From the NCBI RefSeq assembly GCF_009914755.1, contig NC_060925.1: a DNA stretch of 64,000 nt; one strand, given 5' to 3'. The position numbers and the translations under genes are program-made. The notes under the pieces are model-generated. The model saw only the letters and a list, made by a program, of their open reading frames with translations. It did not search any database and had not been told where the DNA came from. The stretch is from the human T2T-CHM13v2.0 reference genome, Homo sapiens. The first letter of the stretch is position 1, and the number at the start of each line of letters is the position of its first letter. This document shows, in pieces, positions 1 to 16,600 of this stretch.

Positions 1-925
1 CATTGAACAGAATTGAATGGAATCGTCATCGAATGAATTGAATGCAATCATCGAATGGTCTCGAATGGAACCATCTTCTAATGGAAAGGAATGGAATCAT
101 CGCATAGAATCCAATGGAATTGTCATCGAATGGAATCGAATGGTATCAACACCAAACGGAAAAAAACAGAATTATCGAATGGAATCGAAGAGAATCTTCG
201 AACGGACCCGAATGGAATCATCTAATGGAATGGAATGGAATAATCCATGGACTCGAATAGCAAACATCATCGAATGGAATCGAATGGAATCATCGAATGG
301 ACTCGAATGGAATAATCATTGAACGGAATCGAATGGAATCATCATCGGATGGAAACGAATGGAATCATCATCGAATGGGAATGAAAGGAGTCATCATCTA
401 ATGGAATTGCATGGAATCATCATAAAATGGAATCGAATGGAATCAACATCAAATGGAATCAAATGGAATCATTGAACGGAATTGAATGGAATCGTCATCG
501 AATGAATTGAATGCAATCATCGAATGGTCTCGAATGGAATCATCTTCAAATGGAATGGAATGGAATCATCGCATAGAATCGAATGGAATTATCATCGAAT
601 GTAATCGAATGGAATCAACACCAAACGGAAAAAAACGGAATTATCGAATGGAATCGAAGAGAATCATCGAATGGACCCGAATGGAATCATCTAATGGAAT
701 GGAATGGAATAATCCATGGACTCGAATGCAATCATCATCGAATGGAATCGAATGGAATCATCGAATGGACTCGAATATAATAATCATTGAACGGAATCGA
801 ATGGAATCATCATCGGATGGAAATGAATGGAATCGTCATCGAATGGAATCGAATAGAATTATGGAATGAAATCCAGTGTGATCATCATCGAATGGACCTG
901 AATGGAATCATCATCCAACGGAAGC

Positions 926-936
926 TAATGGAATCA
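926..936 (+). promoter_or_regulatory. Candidate DUX4-type double-homeodomain site TAATGGAATCA (example; about 2 per unit, the other at 1769-1779)
   Basis: Fits the degenerate consensus TAAYBBAATCA as I recall it, and DUX4 is known to bind and activate HSATII. Binding at these positions is not shown by the sequence. Confidence 0.35.
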
Positions 937-1629
937 ACATCGAATGAATCAAATGGAAACACCATCGAATTGAAACGAATGGAATTACCATGAAATTGAA
1001 ATGGATGGACTCATCATCGAATGGATTCGAATGGAATCATCGAATAAAATTGATTGAAATCATCATCGAATGGAATCGAATGGTATCATTGAATGGAATC
1101 GAATGGAATCATCATCAGATGGAAATGAATGCAATCGTCATAGAATGGAATCGAATGGATTCATTGAATGGAATCAGATGGAATCATCGAATGGACTGGA
1201 ATGGAATCATTGAATGGACTCGAAAGGGATCATTATTGAATGGAATTGAATGGAATCATCGAATGGTCTCGATTGGAATCATTATCAAATGGAATCGAAT
1301 GGAATCACCAAATAGAATCGAATGGAACAATCATCGAATGGACTCAAATGGAATTATCCTCAAATGGAATCGAATGGAATTATCGAATGCAATCGAATGG
1401 AATTATCGAATGCAATCGAATAGAATCATCGAATGGACTCGAATGGAATCATCGAATGGAATGGAATGGAACAGTCAATGAACTCGAATGGAATCATCAT
1501 TGGATGGAATCGAATGGATTCATCGAGTGGAATCGAATGGAATTATGATCAAATGGAATCGAATGTAATCATCATCAAATGGAATCAAAAATAACCATCA
1601 TCAATTGGTATTGAATGGAATTGTCATCA

Positions 1630-4600
1630 AATGGAATTCAAAGGAATCATCATCAAATGGAACCGAATGGAATCCTCATTGAATGGAAATGAAAGGGGTC
1701 ATCATCTAATGGAATCGCATGGAATCATCATGAAATGGAATCGAATGGAATCATCATCAAATGGAATCTAATGGAATCATTGAAAGAATTGAATGGAATC
1801 ATCATCGAATGAATTGAATGCAATCATCGAATGGTCTCGAATGGAATCATCTTCTAATGGAAAGGAATGGAATCATCGCATAGAATCGAATGGAATTATC
1901 ATCGAACGGAATCGAATGGTATCAACACCAAACGGAAAAAAACGGAATTATCGAATGGAATCGAAGAGAATCTTCGAACGGACCCGAATGGAATCATCTA
2001 ATGGAATGGAATGGAATAATCCATGGACTCGAATGCAATCATCATCGAATGGAATCGAATGGAATCATCGAATGGAATAATCATTGAACGGAATCGAATG
2101 GAATCATCATCGGATGGAAACGAATGGAATCATCATCGAATGGAAATGAAAGGAGTCATCATCTAATGGAATTGCATGGAATCATCATAAAATGGAATCG
2201 AATGGAATCAACATCAAATGGAATCAAATGGAATCATTGAACGGAATTGAATGGAATCGTCATCGAATAAATTGAATGCAATCATCGAATGGTCTCGAAT
2301 GGAATCATCTTCAAATGGAATGGAATGGAATCATCGCATAGAATCGAATGGAATTATCATCGAATGGAATCGAATGGAATCAACATCAAACGGAAAAAAA
2401 CGGAATTATCGAATGGAATCGAAGAGAATCATCGAATGGACCCGAATGGAATCATCTAATGGAATGGAATGGAATAACCCATGGACTCGAATGCAATCAT
2501 CATCGAATGGAATCGAATGGAATCATCGAATGGACTCGAATGGAATAATCATTGAACGGAATCGAATGGAATCATCATCGGATGGAAATGAAAGGAGTCA
2601 TCATCTAATGGAATTGCATGGAATCATCATAAAATGGAATCGAATGGAATCAACATCAAATGGAATCAAATGGAATCATTGAACGGAATTGAATGGAATC
2701 GTCATCGAATGAATTGAATGCAATCATCGAATGGTCTCGAATGGAATCATCTTCAAATGGAATGGAATGGAATCATCGCATAGAATCGAATGGAATTATC
2801 ATCGAATGGAATCGAATGGAATCAACATCAAACGGAAAAAAACGGAATTATCGAATGGAATCGAAGAGAATCATCGAATGGACCCGAATGGAATCATCTA
2901 ATGGAATGGAATGGAATAATCCATGGACTCGAATGCAATCATCATCGAATGGAATCGAATGGAATCATCCAATGGACTCGAATGGAATAATCATTGAACG
3001 GAATCGAATGGAATCATCATCGGATGGAAATGAATGGAATCATCATCGAATGGAATCGAATAGAATTATGGAATGAAATCCAGTGTGATCATCATCGAAT
3101 GGACCCGAATGGAATCATCATCCAACGGATGCTAATGGAATAAACATCGAATGAATCAAATGGAAACACCATCGAATTGAAACGAATGGAATTACCATGA
3201 AATTGAAATGGATGGACTCATCATCGAATGGATTCGAAAGGAATCATCGAGTAAAATTGATTGAAATCATCATCGAATGGAATCGAATGGTATCATTGAA
3301 TGGAATCGAATGGAATCATCATCAGATGGAAATGAATGGAATCGTCATAGAATGGAATCGAATGGATTCATTGAATGGAATCAGATGGAATCATCGAATG
3401 GACTGGAATGGAATCATTGAATGGACTCGAAAGAGATCATGATTGAATGGAATTGAATGGAATCATCGAATGGTCTCGATTGGAATCATTATCAAATGGA
3501 ATCGAATGGAATCACCGAATAGAATCGAATGGAACAATCATCGAATGGACTCAAATGGAATTATTCTCAAATGGAATCGAATGGAATTATCAAATGCAAT
3601 CGAATGGAATTATCGAATGCAATCGAATAGAATCATCGAATGGACTCGAATGGAATCATCGAATGGAATGGAATGGAACAGTCAATGAACTCGAATGGAA
3701 TCATCATTGAATGGAATCGAATGGAATCATTGAGTGGAATCGAATGGAATTATGATCAAATGGAATCGAATGTAATCATCATCAAATGGAATCAAAAATA
3801 ACCATCATCAATTGGTATTGAATGGAATTGTCATCAAATGGAATTCAAAGGAAACATCATCAAATGGAACCGAATGGAATCCTCATTGAATGGAAATGAA
3901 AGGGGTCATCATCTAATGGAATCGCATGGAATCATCATCAAATGGAATCGAATGGAATCATCATCAAATGGAATCTAATGGAATCATTGAACAGAATTGA
4001 ATGGAATCGTCATCGAATGAATTGAATGCAATCATCGAATGGTCTCGAATGGAACCATCTTCTAATGGAAAGGAATGGAATCATCGCATAGAATCGAATG
4101 GAATTGTCATCGAATGGAATCGAATGGTATCAACACCAAACGGAAAAAAACGGAATTATCGAATGGAATCGAAGAGAATCTTCGAACGGACCCGAATGGA
4201 ATCATCTAATGGAATGGAATGGAATAATCCATGGACTCGAATGCAATCATCATCGAATGGAATGGAATGGAATCATCGAATGGACTCGAATGGAATAATC
4301 ATTGAACGGAATCGAATGGAATCATCATCGGATGGAAACGAATGGAATCATCATCGAATGGAAATGAAAGGAGTCATCATCTAATGGAATTGCATGGAAT
4401 CATCATCAAATGGAATCGAATGCAATCAACATCAAATGGAATCAAATGGAATCATTGAACGGAATTGAATGGAATCGTCATCGAATGAATTGAATGCAAT
4501 CATCGAATGGTCTCGAATGGAATCATCTTCAAATGGAATGGAATGGAATCATCGCATAGAATCGAATGGAATTATCATCGAATGGAATCGAATGGTATCA

Positions 4601-7600
4601 ACATCAAACGGAAAAAAACGGAATTATCGAATGGAATCGAAGAGAATCTTCGAACGGACCCGAATGGAATCATCTAATGGAATGGAATGGAATCATCCAT
4701 GGACTGGAAGGCAATCATCATTGAACGGAATCGAAAGGAATCATCATCGGATGGAAACGACTGGAATCATCATCGAATGGAAATGAAAGGGGTCATCATC
4801 TAATGGAATTGCATGGAATCATCATAAAATGGAATCGAATGGAATCAACATCAAATGGAATCAAATGGAATCATTGAACGGAATTGAATGGAATCGTCAT
4901 CGAATGAATTGAATGCAATCATCGAATGGTCTCGAATGGAATCATCTTCAAATGGAATGGAATGGAATCATCGCATAGAATCGAATGGAATTATCATCGA
5001 ATGGAATCGAATGGAATCAACATCAAACGGAAAAAAACGGAATTATCGAATTGAATCGAATAGAATCATCGAATGGACCCGAATGGAATCATCTAATGGA
5101 ATGGAATGGAATAATCCATGGACTCGAATGCAATCATCATCGAATGGAATCGAATGGAATCATCGAATGGACTCGAATGGAATAATCATTGAACGGAATC
5201 GAATGGAATCATCATCGGATGGAAACGAATTGAATCATCATCGAATGGAATCGAATAGAATTATGGAATGAAATCCAGTGTGATCATCATCGAATGGACC
5301 CGAATGGAATCATCATCCAACGGAAGCTAATGGAATCAACATCGAATGAATCAAATGGAAACACCATCGAATTGAAACGAATGGAATTACCATGAAATTG
5401 AAATGGATGGACTCATCATCAAATGGATTCGAATGGAATCATCGAATAAAATTGATTGAAATCATCATCGAATGGAATCGAATGGTATCATTGAATGGAA
5501 TCGAATGGAATCATCATCAGATGGAAATGAATGGAATCGTCATAGAATGGAATCGAATGGATTCATTGAATGGAATCAGATGGAATCATTGAATGGACTG
5601 GAATGGAATCATTGAATGGACTCGAAAGGGATCATTATTGAATGGAATTGAATGGAATCATCGAATGGTCTCGATTGGAATCATTATCAAATGGAATCGA
5701 ATGGAATCACCGAATAGAATCGAATGGAACAATCATCGAATGGACTCAAATGGAATTATCCTCCAATGGAATCGAATGGAATTATCGAATGCAATCGAAT
5801 GGAATTATCGAATGCAATCGAATAGAATCATCGAATGGACTCGAATGGAATCATCGAATGGAATGGAATGGAACAGTCAATGAACTCGAATGGAATCATC
5901 ATTGAATGGAATCGAATGGAATCATCGAGTGGAATCGAATGGAATTATGATCAAATGGAATGGAATGTAATCATCATCAAATGGAATCAAAAATAACCAT
6001 CATCAATTGGTATTGAATGGAATTGTCATCAAATGGAATTCAAAGGAATCATTATCAAATGGAACCGAATGGAATCCTCATTGAATGGAAATGAAAGGGG
6101 TCATCATCTAATGGAATCGCATGGAATCATCATCAAATGGAATCGAATGGAATCATCATCAAATGGAATCTAATGGAATCATTGAAAAGAATTCAATGGA
6201 ATCGTCATCGAATGAATTGAATGCAATCATCGAATGGTCTCGAATGGAATCATCTTCTAATGGAAAGGAATGGAATCATCACATAGAATCGAATGGAATT
6301 ATCATCGAATGGAATCAAATGGTATCAACACCAAACGGAAAAAAACGGAATTATCGAATGGAATCGAAGAGAATCTTCGAACGGACCCGAATGGAATCAT
6401 CTAATGGAATGGAATGGAATAATCCATGGACTCGAATGCAATCATCATCGAATGGAATCGAATGGAATCATCGAATGGACTCGAATGGAAAAATCATTGA
6501 ACGGAATCGAATGGAATCATCATCGGATGGAAACGAATGGAATCAGCATCGAATGGAAATGAAAGGAGTCATCATCTAATGGAATTGCATGGAATCATCA
6601 TCAAATGGAATCGAATGGAATCAACATCAAATGGAATCAAATGGAATCATTGAACGGAATTGAATGGAATCGTCATCGAATGAATTGAATGCAATCATCG
6701 AATGGTCTCGAATGGAATCATCTTCAAATGGAATGGAATGGAATCATCGCATAGAATCGAATGGAATTATCATCGAATGGAATCGAATGGAATCAACATG
6801 AAACGGAAAAAAACGGAATTATCGAATGGAATCGAAGAGAATCATCGAATGGACCCGAAAGGAATCATCTAATGGAATGGCATGGAATAATCCATGGACT
6901 CGAATGCAATCATCATCGAATGGAATCGAATGGAATCATCGAATGGACTCGAATGGAATAATCATTGAACGGAATCGAATGGAATCATCATCGGATGGAA
7001 ATGAAAGGAGTCATCATCTAATGGAATTGCATGGAATCATCATAAAATGGAATCGAATGGAATCAACATCAAATGGAATCAAATGGAATCATTGAACGGA
7101 ATTGAATGGAATCGTCATCGAATGAATTGAATGAAATCATCGAATGGTCTCGAATGGAATCATCTTCAAATGGAATGGAATGGAATCATCGCATAGAATC
7201 GAATGGAATTATCATCGAATGGACTCGAATGGAATCAACATCAAACGGAATCAAGCGGAATTATCGAATGGAATCGAAGAGAATCATCGAATGGTCTCGA
7301 ATGGAAGCATCTTCTAATGGAAAGGAATGGAATCATCGCATAGAATCGAATGGAATTAACATTGAATAGACTCGAAAGGAATCAACATCAAATGGAATCA
7401 AGCGGAATTATCGAATGAAATCGAAGAGAATCATCGAATGGACTCGAATGGAATCATCTAATGGAATGGAATGGAATAATCCACGGACTCGAATGCAATC
7501 ATCATCGAATGGAATCGAATGGAATCATCGAATGGACTCGAATGGAATAACCATTGAACGGAATCGAATGGAATCATCATCGGATGGAAACGAATGGAAT

Positions 7601-10600
7601 CATCATCGAATGGAAATGTAAGGAGTCATCATCTAATGGAATTGCATGGAATCATCATAAAATGGAATCGAATGGAATCATCATCAAATGGAATGAAATG
7701 GAATCATTGAACGGAATTGAATGGAATCGTCATCGAATGAATTGAATGCAATCATCGAATGGTCTCGAATGGAATCATCTTCAAATGGAATGGAAAGGAA
7801 TCATCGCATAGAATCGAATGGAATTATCATCGAATGGAATCGAATGGTATCAACATCAAACGGAAAAAAACGGAATTATCGAATGGAATCGAAGAGAATC
7901 TTCGAACGGACCCGAATGGAATCATCTAATGGAATGGAATGGAATAATCCATGGACTCGAATGCAATCATCATCGAATGGAATCATCGAATGGACTCGAA
8001 TGGAATAATCATTGAACGGAATCGAATGGAATCATCATCGGATGGAAACGAATGGAATCATCATCGAATGGAATCGAATAGAATTATGGAATGAAATCCA
8101 GTGTGATCATCATCGAATGGACCCGAATGGAATCATCATCCAACGGAAGCTAATGGAATCAACATCGAATGAATCAAATGGAAACACCATCGAATTGAAA
8201 CGAATGGAATTACCATGAAATTGAAATGGATGGACTCATCATCAAATGGATTCGAAAGGAATCATCGAATAAAATTGATTGAAATCATCATCGAATGGAA
8301 TCGAATGGTATCATTGAATGGAATCGAATGGAATCATCATCAGATGGAAATGAAAGGAATCATCATAGAATGGAATCGAATGGATTCATTGAATGGAATC
8401 AGATGGAATCATTGAATGGACTGGAATGGAATCATTGAATGGACTCGAAAGGGATCATTATTGAATGGAATTGAATGGAATCATCGAATGGTCTCGATTG
8501 GAATCATTATCAAATGGAATCGAATGGAATCACCGAATAGAATCGAATGGAACAATCATCGAATGGACTCAAATGGAATTATCCTCCAATGGAATCGAAT
8601 GGAATTATCGAATGCAATCGAATGGAATTATCGAATGCAATCGAATAGAATCATCGAATGGACTCGAATGGAATCATCGAATGGAATGGAATGGAACAGT
8701 CAATGAACTCGAATGGAATCATCATTGAATGGAATCGAATGGAATCATCGAGTGGAATCGAATGGAATTATGATCAAATGGAATCGAATGTAATCATCAT
8801 CAAATGGAATCAAAAATAACCATCATCAATTGGTATTGAATGGAATTGTCATCAAATGGAATTCAAAGGAATCATCATCAAATGGAACCGAATGGAATCC
8901 TTATTGAATGGAAATGAAAGGGGTCATCATCTAATGGAATCGCATGGAATCATCATCAAATGGAATCGAATGGAATCATCATCAAATGGAATCTAATGGA
9001 ATCATTGAAAATAATTGAATGGAATCGTCATCGAATGAATTGAATGCAATCATCGAATGGTTTCGAATGGAATCATCTTATAATGGAAAGGAATGGAATC
9101 ATCGCATAGAATCGAATGGAATTATCATCGAATGGAATCGAATGGTATCAACACCAAACGGAAAAAAACGGAATTATCGAATGGAATCGAAGAGAATCTT
9201 CGAACGGACCCGAATGGAATCATCTAATGGAATGGAATGGAATAATCCATGGACTCGAATGCAATCATCATCGAATGGAATCGAATGGAATCATCGAATG
9301 GACTCGAATGGAATAATCATTGAACGGAATCGAATGGAATCATCATCGGATGGAAACGAATGGAATCATCATCGAATGGAAATGAAAGGAGTCATCATCT
9401 AATGGAATTGCATGGAATCATCATAAAATGGAATCGAATGGAATCAACATCAAATGGAATCAAATGGAATCATTGAACGGAATTGAATGGAATCGTCATC
9501 GAATGCATTGAATGCAATCATCGAATGGTCTCGAATGGAATCATCTTCAAATGGAATGGAATGGAATCATCGCATAGAATCAAATGGAATTATCATCGAA
9601 TGGAATCGAATGGAATCAACATCAAACGGAAAAAAACGGAATTATCGAATGGAATCGAAGAGAATCTTCGAACGGACCCGAATGGAATCATCTAATGGAA
9701 TGGAATGGAATAATCCATGGACTCGAATGCAATCATCATCGAATGGAATCGAATGGAACCATCGAATGGACTCGAATGGAATAATCATTGAACGGAATCG
9801 AATGGAATCATCATCGGATGGAAATGAATGGAATCATCATCGAATGGAATCGGATAGAATTATGGAATGAAATCCAGTGTGATCATCATCGAATGGACCC
9901 GAATGGAATCATCATCCAACGGAAGCTAATGGAATCAACATCGAATGAATCGAATGGAAACACCATCGAATAGAAACGAATGGAATTATCATGAAATTGA
10001 AATGGATGGACCCATCATCGAATGGATTCGAATGGAATCATCGAATAAAATTGATTGAAATCATCATCAAATGGATTCGAATGGTGTCATTGAATGGGAT
10101 CGAATGGAATCATCATCAGATGGAAATGAATGGAATCGTCATAGAATGGAATCGAATATATTCATTGAATGGAATCAGATGGAATCATCGAATGGACTGG
10201 AATGGAATCATTGAATGGACTCGAATGGAATCATTATTGAATGGAATTGAATGGAATCATCGAATGGTCTCGATTGGAATCATTATCAAATGGAATCGAA
10301 TGGAATCACCGAATAGAATCGAATGGAACAATCATCGAATGGACTCAAATGGAATTATCCTCAAATGGAATGGAATGGAATTATCGAATGCAATCGAATG
10401 GAATTATCGAATGCAATCGAATAAAATCATCGAATGGACTCGAATGGAATCATCGAATGGAATGGAATGGAACAGTCAATGAACTCGAATGGAATCATCA
10501 TTGAATGGAATCGAATGGAATCATCGAGTAGAATCGAATGGAATTATGATCAAATGGAATCGAATGTAATCCTCATCAAATGGAATCAAAAATAACCATC

Positions 10601-10630
10601 ATCAATTGGTATTGAATGGAATTGTCATCA
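1630..10630 (+). repeat. 9,001-bp tandem duplication, copy 1 (four variant units: 2207+2195+2823+1776)
   Basis: ORF landmarks recur at +9001 (1793/10794, 3197/12198, 6121/15122, 9991/18992). The breakpoint is bracketed to 1572-1697 by mismatches at 1571/10572 and 10698/19699. Confidence 0.92.
7106..7720 (+). repeat. Divergent 615-bp module (468 bp plus a 147-bp internal duplication), copy 1
   Basis: Module starts 7106 and 7721 are 615 bp apart; TCAAGCGGAATT occurs at 7251 and 7398. Confidence 0.88.
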
Positions 10631-13600
10631 AATGGAATTCAAAGGAATCATCATCAAATGGAACCGAATGGAATCCTCATTGAATGGAAATGAAAGGGGT
10701 CATCATCTAATGGAATCGCATGGAATCATCATGAAATGGAATCGAATGGAATCATCATCAAATGGAATCTAATGGAATCATTGAAAGAATTGAATGGAAT
10801 CATCATCGAATGAATTGAATGCAATCATCGAATGGTCTCGAATGGAATCATCTTCTAATGGAAAGGAATGGAATCATCGCATAGAATCGAATGGAATTAT
10901 CATCGAACGGAATCGAATGGTATCAACACCAAACGGAAAAAAACGGAATTATCGAATGGAATCGAAGAGAATCTTCGAACGGACCCGAATGGAATCATCT
11001 AATGGAATGGAATGGAATAATCCATGGACTCGAATGCAATCATCATCGAATGGAATCGAATGGAATCATCGAATGGAATAATCATTGAACGGAATCGAAT
11101 GGAATCATCATCGGATGGAAACGAATGGAATCATCATCGAATGGAAATGAAAGGAGTCATCATCTAATGGAATTGCATGGAATCATCATAAAATGGAATC
11201 GAATGGAATCAACATCAAATGGAATCAAATGGAATCATTGAACGGAATTGAATGGAATCGTCATCGAATAAATTGAATGCAATCATCGAATGGTCTCGAA
11301 TGGAATCATCTTCAAATGGAATGGAATGGAATCATCGCATAGAATCGAATGGAATTATCATCGAATGGAATCGAATGGAATCAACATCAAACGGAAAAAA
11401 ACGGAATTATCGAATGGAATCGAAGAGAATCATCGAATGGACCCGAATGGAATCATCTAATGGAATGGAATGGAATAACCCATGGACTCGAATGCAATCA
11501 TCATCGAATGGAATCGAATGGAATCATCGAATGGACTCGAATGGAATAATCATTGAACGGAATCGAATGGAATCATCATCGGATGGAAATGAAAGGAGTC
11601 ATCATCTAATGGAATTGCATGGAATCATCATAAAATGGAATCGAATGGAATCAACATCAAATGGAATCAAATGGAATCATTGAACGGAATTGAATAGAAT
11701 CGTCATCGAATGAATTGAATGCAATCATCGAATGGTCTCGAATGGAATCATCTTCAAATGGAATGGAATGGAATCATCGCATAGAATCGAATGGAATTAT
11801 CATCGAATGGAATCGAATGGAATCAACATCAAACGGAAAAAAACGGAATTATCGAATGGAATCGAAGAGAATCATCGAATGGACCCGAATGGAATCATCT
11901 AATGGAATGGAATGGAATAATCCATGGACTCGAATGCAATCATCATCGAATGGAATCGAATGGAATCATCCAATGGACTCGAATGGAATAATCATTGAAC
12001 GGAATCGAATGGAATCATCATCGGATGGAAATGAATGGAATCATCATCGAATGGAATCGAATAGAATTATGGAATGAAATCCAGTGTGATCATCATCGAA
12101 TGGACCCGAATGGAATCATCATCCAACGGATGCTAATGGAATCAACATCGAATGAATCAAATGGAAACACCATCGAATTGAAACGAATGGAATTACCATG
12201 AAATTGAAATGGATGGACTCATCATCGAATGGATTCGAAAGGAATCATCGAATAAAATTGATTGAAATCATCATCGAATGGAATCGAATGGTATCATTGA
12301 ATGGAATCGAATGGAATCATCATCAGATGGAAATGAATGGAATCGTCATAGAATGGAATCGAATGGATTCATTGAATGGAATCAGATGGAATCATCGAAT
12401 GGACTGGAATGGAATCATTGAATGGACTCGAAAGAGATCATGATTGAATGGAATTGAATGGAATCATCGAATGGTCTCGATTGGAATCATTATCAAATGG
12501 AATCGAATGGAATCACCGAATAGAATCGAATGGAACAATCATCGAATGGACTCAAATGGAATTATTCTCAAATGGAATCGAATGGAATTATCAAATGCAA
12601 TCGAATGGAATTATCGAATGCAATCGAATAGAATCATCGAATGGACTCGAATGGAATCATCGAATGGAATGGAATGGAACAGTCAATGAACTCGAATGGA
12701 ATCATCATTGAATGGAATCGAATGGAATCATTGAGTGGAATCGAATGGAATTATGATCAAATGGAATCGAATGTAATCATCATCAAATGGAATCAAAAAT
12801 AACCATCATCAATTGGTATTGAATGGAATTGTCATCAAATGGAATTCAAAGGAAACATCATCAAATGGAACCGAATGGAATCCTCATTGAATGGAAATGA
12901 AAGGGGTCATCATCTAATGGAATCGCATGGAATCATCATCAAATGGAATCGAATGGAATCATCATCAAATGGAATCTAATGGAATCATTGAACAGAATTG
13001 AATGGAATCGTCATCGAATGAATTGAATGCAATCATCGAATGGTCTCGAATGGAACCATCTTCTAATGGAAAGGAATGGAATCATCGCATAGAATCGAAT
13101 GGAATTGTCATCGAATGGAATCGAATGGTATCAACACCAAACGGAAAAAAACGGAATTATCGAATGGAATCGAAGAGAATCTTCGAACGGACCCGAATGG
13201 AATCATCTAATGGAATGGAATGGAATAATCCATGGACTCGAATGCAATCATCATCGAATGGAATGGAATGGAATCATCGAATGGACTCGAATGGAATAAT
13301 CATTGAACGGAATCGAATGGAATCATCATCGGATGGAAACGAATGGAATCATCATCGAATGGAAATGAAAGGAGTCATCATCTAATGGAATTGCATGGAA
13401 TCATCATCAAATGGAATCGAATGCAATCAACATCAAATGGAATCAAATGGAATCATTGAACGGAATTGAATGGAATCGTCATCGAATGAATTGAATGCAA
13501 TCATCGAATGGTCTCGAATGGAATCATCTTCAAATGGAATGGAATGGAATCATCGCATAGAATCGAATGGAATTATCATCGAATGGAATCGAATGGTATC

Positions 13601-16600
13601 AACATCAAACGGAAAAAAACGGAATTATCGAATGGAATCGAAGAGAATCTTCGAACGGACCCGAATGGAATCATCTAATGGAATGGAATGGAATCATCCA
13701 TGGACTGGAAGGCAATCATCATTGAACGGAATCGAAAGGAATCATCATCGGATGGAAACGACTGGAATCATCATCGAATGGAAATGAAAGGGGTCATCAT
13801 CTAATGGAATTGCATGGAATCATCATAAAATGGAATCGAATGGAATCAACATCAAATGGAATCAAATGGAATCATTGAACGGAATTGAATGGAATCGTCA
13901 TCGAATGAATTGAATGCAATCATCGAATGGTCTCGAATGGAATCATCTTCAAATGGAATGGAATGGAATCATCGCATAGAATCGAATGGAATTATCATCG
14001 AATGGAATCGAATGGAATCAACATCAAACGGAAAAAAACGGAATTATCGAATTGAATCGAATAGAATCATCGAATGGACCCGAATGGAATCATCTAATGG
14101 AATGGAATGGAATAATCCATGGACTCGAATGCAATCATCATCGAATGGAATCGAATGGAATCATCGAATGGACTCGAATGGAATAATCATTGAACGGAAT
14201 CGAATGGAATCATCATCGGATGGAAACGAATTGAATCATCATCGAATGGAATCGAATAGAATTATGGAATGAAATCCAGTGTGATCATCATCGAATGGAC
14301 CCGAATGGAATCATCATCCAACGGAAGCTAATGGAATCAACATCGAATGAATCAAATGGAAACACCATCGAATTGAAACGAATGGAATTACCATGAAATT
14401 GAAATGGATGGACTCATCATCAAATGGATTCGAATGGAATCATCGAATAAAATTGATTGAAATCATCATCGAATGGAATCGAATGGTATCATTGAATGGA
14501 ATCGAATGGAATCATCATCAGATGGAAATGAATGGAATCGTCATAGAATGGAATCGAATGGATTCATTGAATGGAATCAGATGGAATCATTGAATGGACT
14601 GGAATGGAATCATTGAATGGAGTCGAAAGGGATCATTATTGAATGGAATTGAATGGAATCATCGAATGGTCTCGATTGGAATCATTATCAAATGGAATCG
14701 AATGGAATCACCGAATAGAATCGAATGGAACAATCATCGAATGGACTCAAATGGAATTATCCTCCAATGGAATCGAATGGAATTATCGAATGCAATCGAA
14801 TGGAATTATCGAATGCAATCGAATAGAATCATCGAATGGACTCGAATGGAATCATCGAATGGAATGGAATGGAACAGTCAATGAACTCGAATGGAATCAT
14901 CATTGAATGGAATCGAATGGAATCATCGAGTGGAATCGAATGGAATTATGATCAAATGGAATGGAATGTAATCATCATCAAATGGAATCAAAAATAACCA
15001 TCATCAATTGGTATTGAATGGAATTGTCATCAAATGGAATTCAAAGGAATCATTATCAAATGGAACCGAATGGAATCCTCATTGAATGGAAATGAAAGGG
15101 GTCATCATCTAATGGAATCGCATGGAATCATCATCAAATGGAATCGAATGGAATCATCATCAAATGGAATCTAATGGAATCATTGAAAAGAATTCAATGG
15201 AATCGTCATCGAATGAATTGAATGCAATCATCGAATGGTCTCGAATGGAATCATCTTCTAATGGAAAGGAATGGAATCATCACATAGAATCGAATGGAAT
15301 TATCATCGAATGGAATCAAATGGTATCAACACCAAACGGAAAAAAACGGAATTATCGAATGGAATCGAAGAGAATCTTCGAACGGACCCGAATGGAATCA
15401 TCTAATGGAATGGAATGGAATAATCCATGGACTCGAATGCAATCATCATCGAATGGAATCGAATGGAATCATCGAATGGACTCGAATGGAAAAATCATTG
15501 AACGGAATCGAATGGAATCATCATCGGATGGAAACGAATGGAATCAGCATCGAATGGAAATGAAAGGAGTCATCATCTAATGGAATTGCATGGAATCATC
15601 ATCAAATGGAATCGAATGGAATCAACATCAAATGGAATCAAATGGAATCATTGAACGGAATTGAATGGAATCGTCATCGAATGAATTGAATGCAATCATC
15701 GAATGGTCTCGAATGGAATCATCTTCAAATGGAATGGAATGGAATCATCGCATAGAATCGAATGGAATTATCATCGAATGGAATCGAATGGAATCAACAT
15801 GAAACGGAAAAAAACGGAATTATCGAATGGAATCGAAGAGAATCATCGAATGGACCCGAAAGGAATCATCTAATGGAATGGCATGGAATAATCCATGGAC
15901 TCGAATGCAATCATCATCGAATGGAATCGAATGGAATCATCGAATGGACTCGAATGGAATAATCATTGAACGGAATCGAATGGAATCATCATCGGATGGA
16001 AATGAAAGGAGTCATCATCTAATGGAATTGCATGGAATCATCATAAAATGGAATCGAATGGAATCAACATCAAATGGAATCAAATGGAATCATTGAACGG
16101 AATTGAATGGAATCGTCATCGAATGAATTGAATGAAATCATCGAATGGTCTCGAATGGAATCATCTTCAAATGGAATGGAATGGAATCATCGCATAGAAT
16201 CGAATGGAATTATCATCGAATGGACTCGAATGGAATCAACATCAAACGCAATCAAGCGGAATTATCGAATGGAATCGAAGAGAATCATCGAATGGTCTCG
16301 AATGGAAGCATCTTCTAATGGAAAGGAATGGAATCATCGCATAGAATCGAATGGAATTAACATTGAATAGACTCGAAAGGAATCAACATCAAATGGAATC
16401 AAGCGGAATTATCGAATGAAATCGAAGAGAATCATCGAATGGACTCGAATGGAATCATCTAATGGAATGGAATGGAATAATCCACGGACTCGAATGCAAT
16501 CATCATCGAATGGAATCGAATGGAATCATCGAATGGACTCGAATGGAATAACCATTGAACGGAATCGAATGGAATCATCATCGGATGGAAACGAATGGAA

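Noticed and set aside
186-206. Heat-shock-element-like AGAATCTTCG in module A
   Set aside because: Only two inverted nGAAn units are present; a canonical HSF1 site needs three.
7251-7397. 147-bp duplication equals the nucleosome core length
   Set aside because: 147 is also 3x49, the satellite's own 23+26 register, which explains it without chromatin selection.
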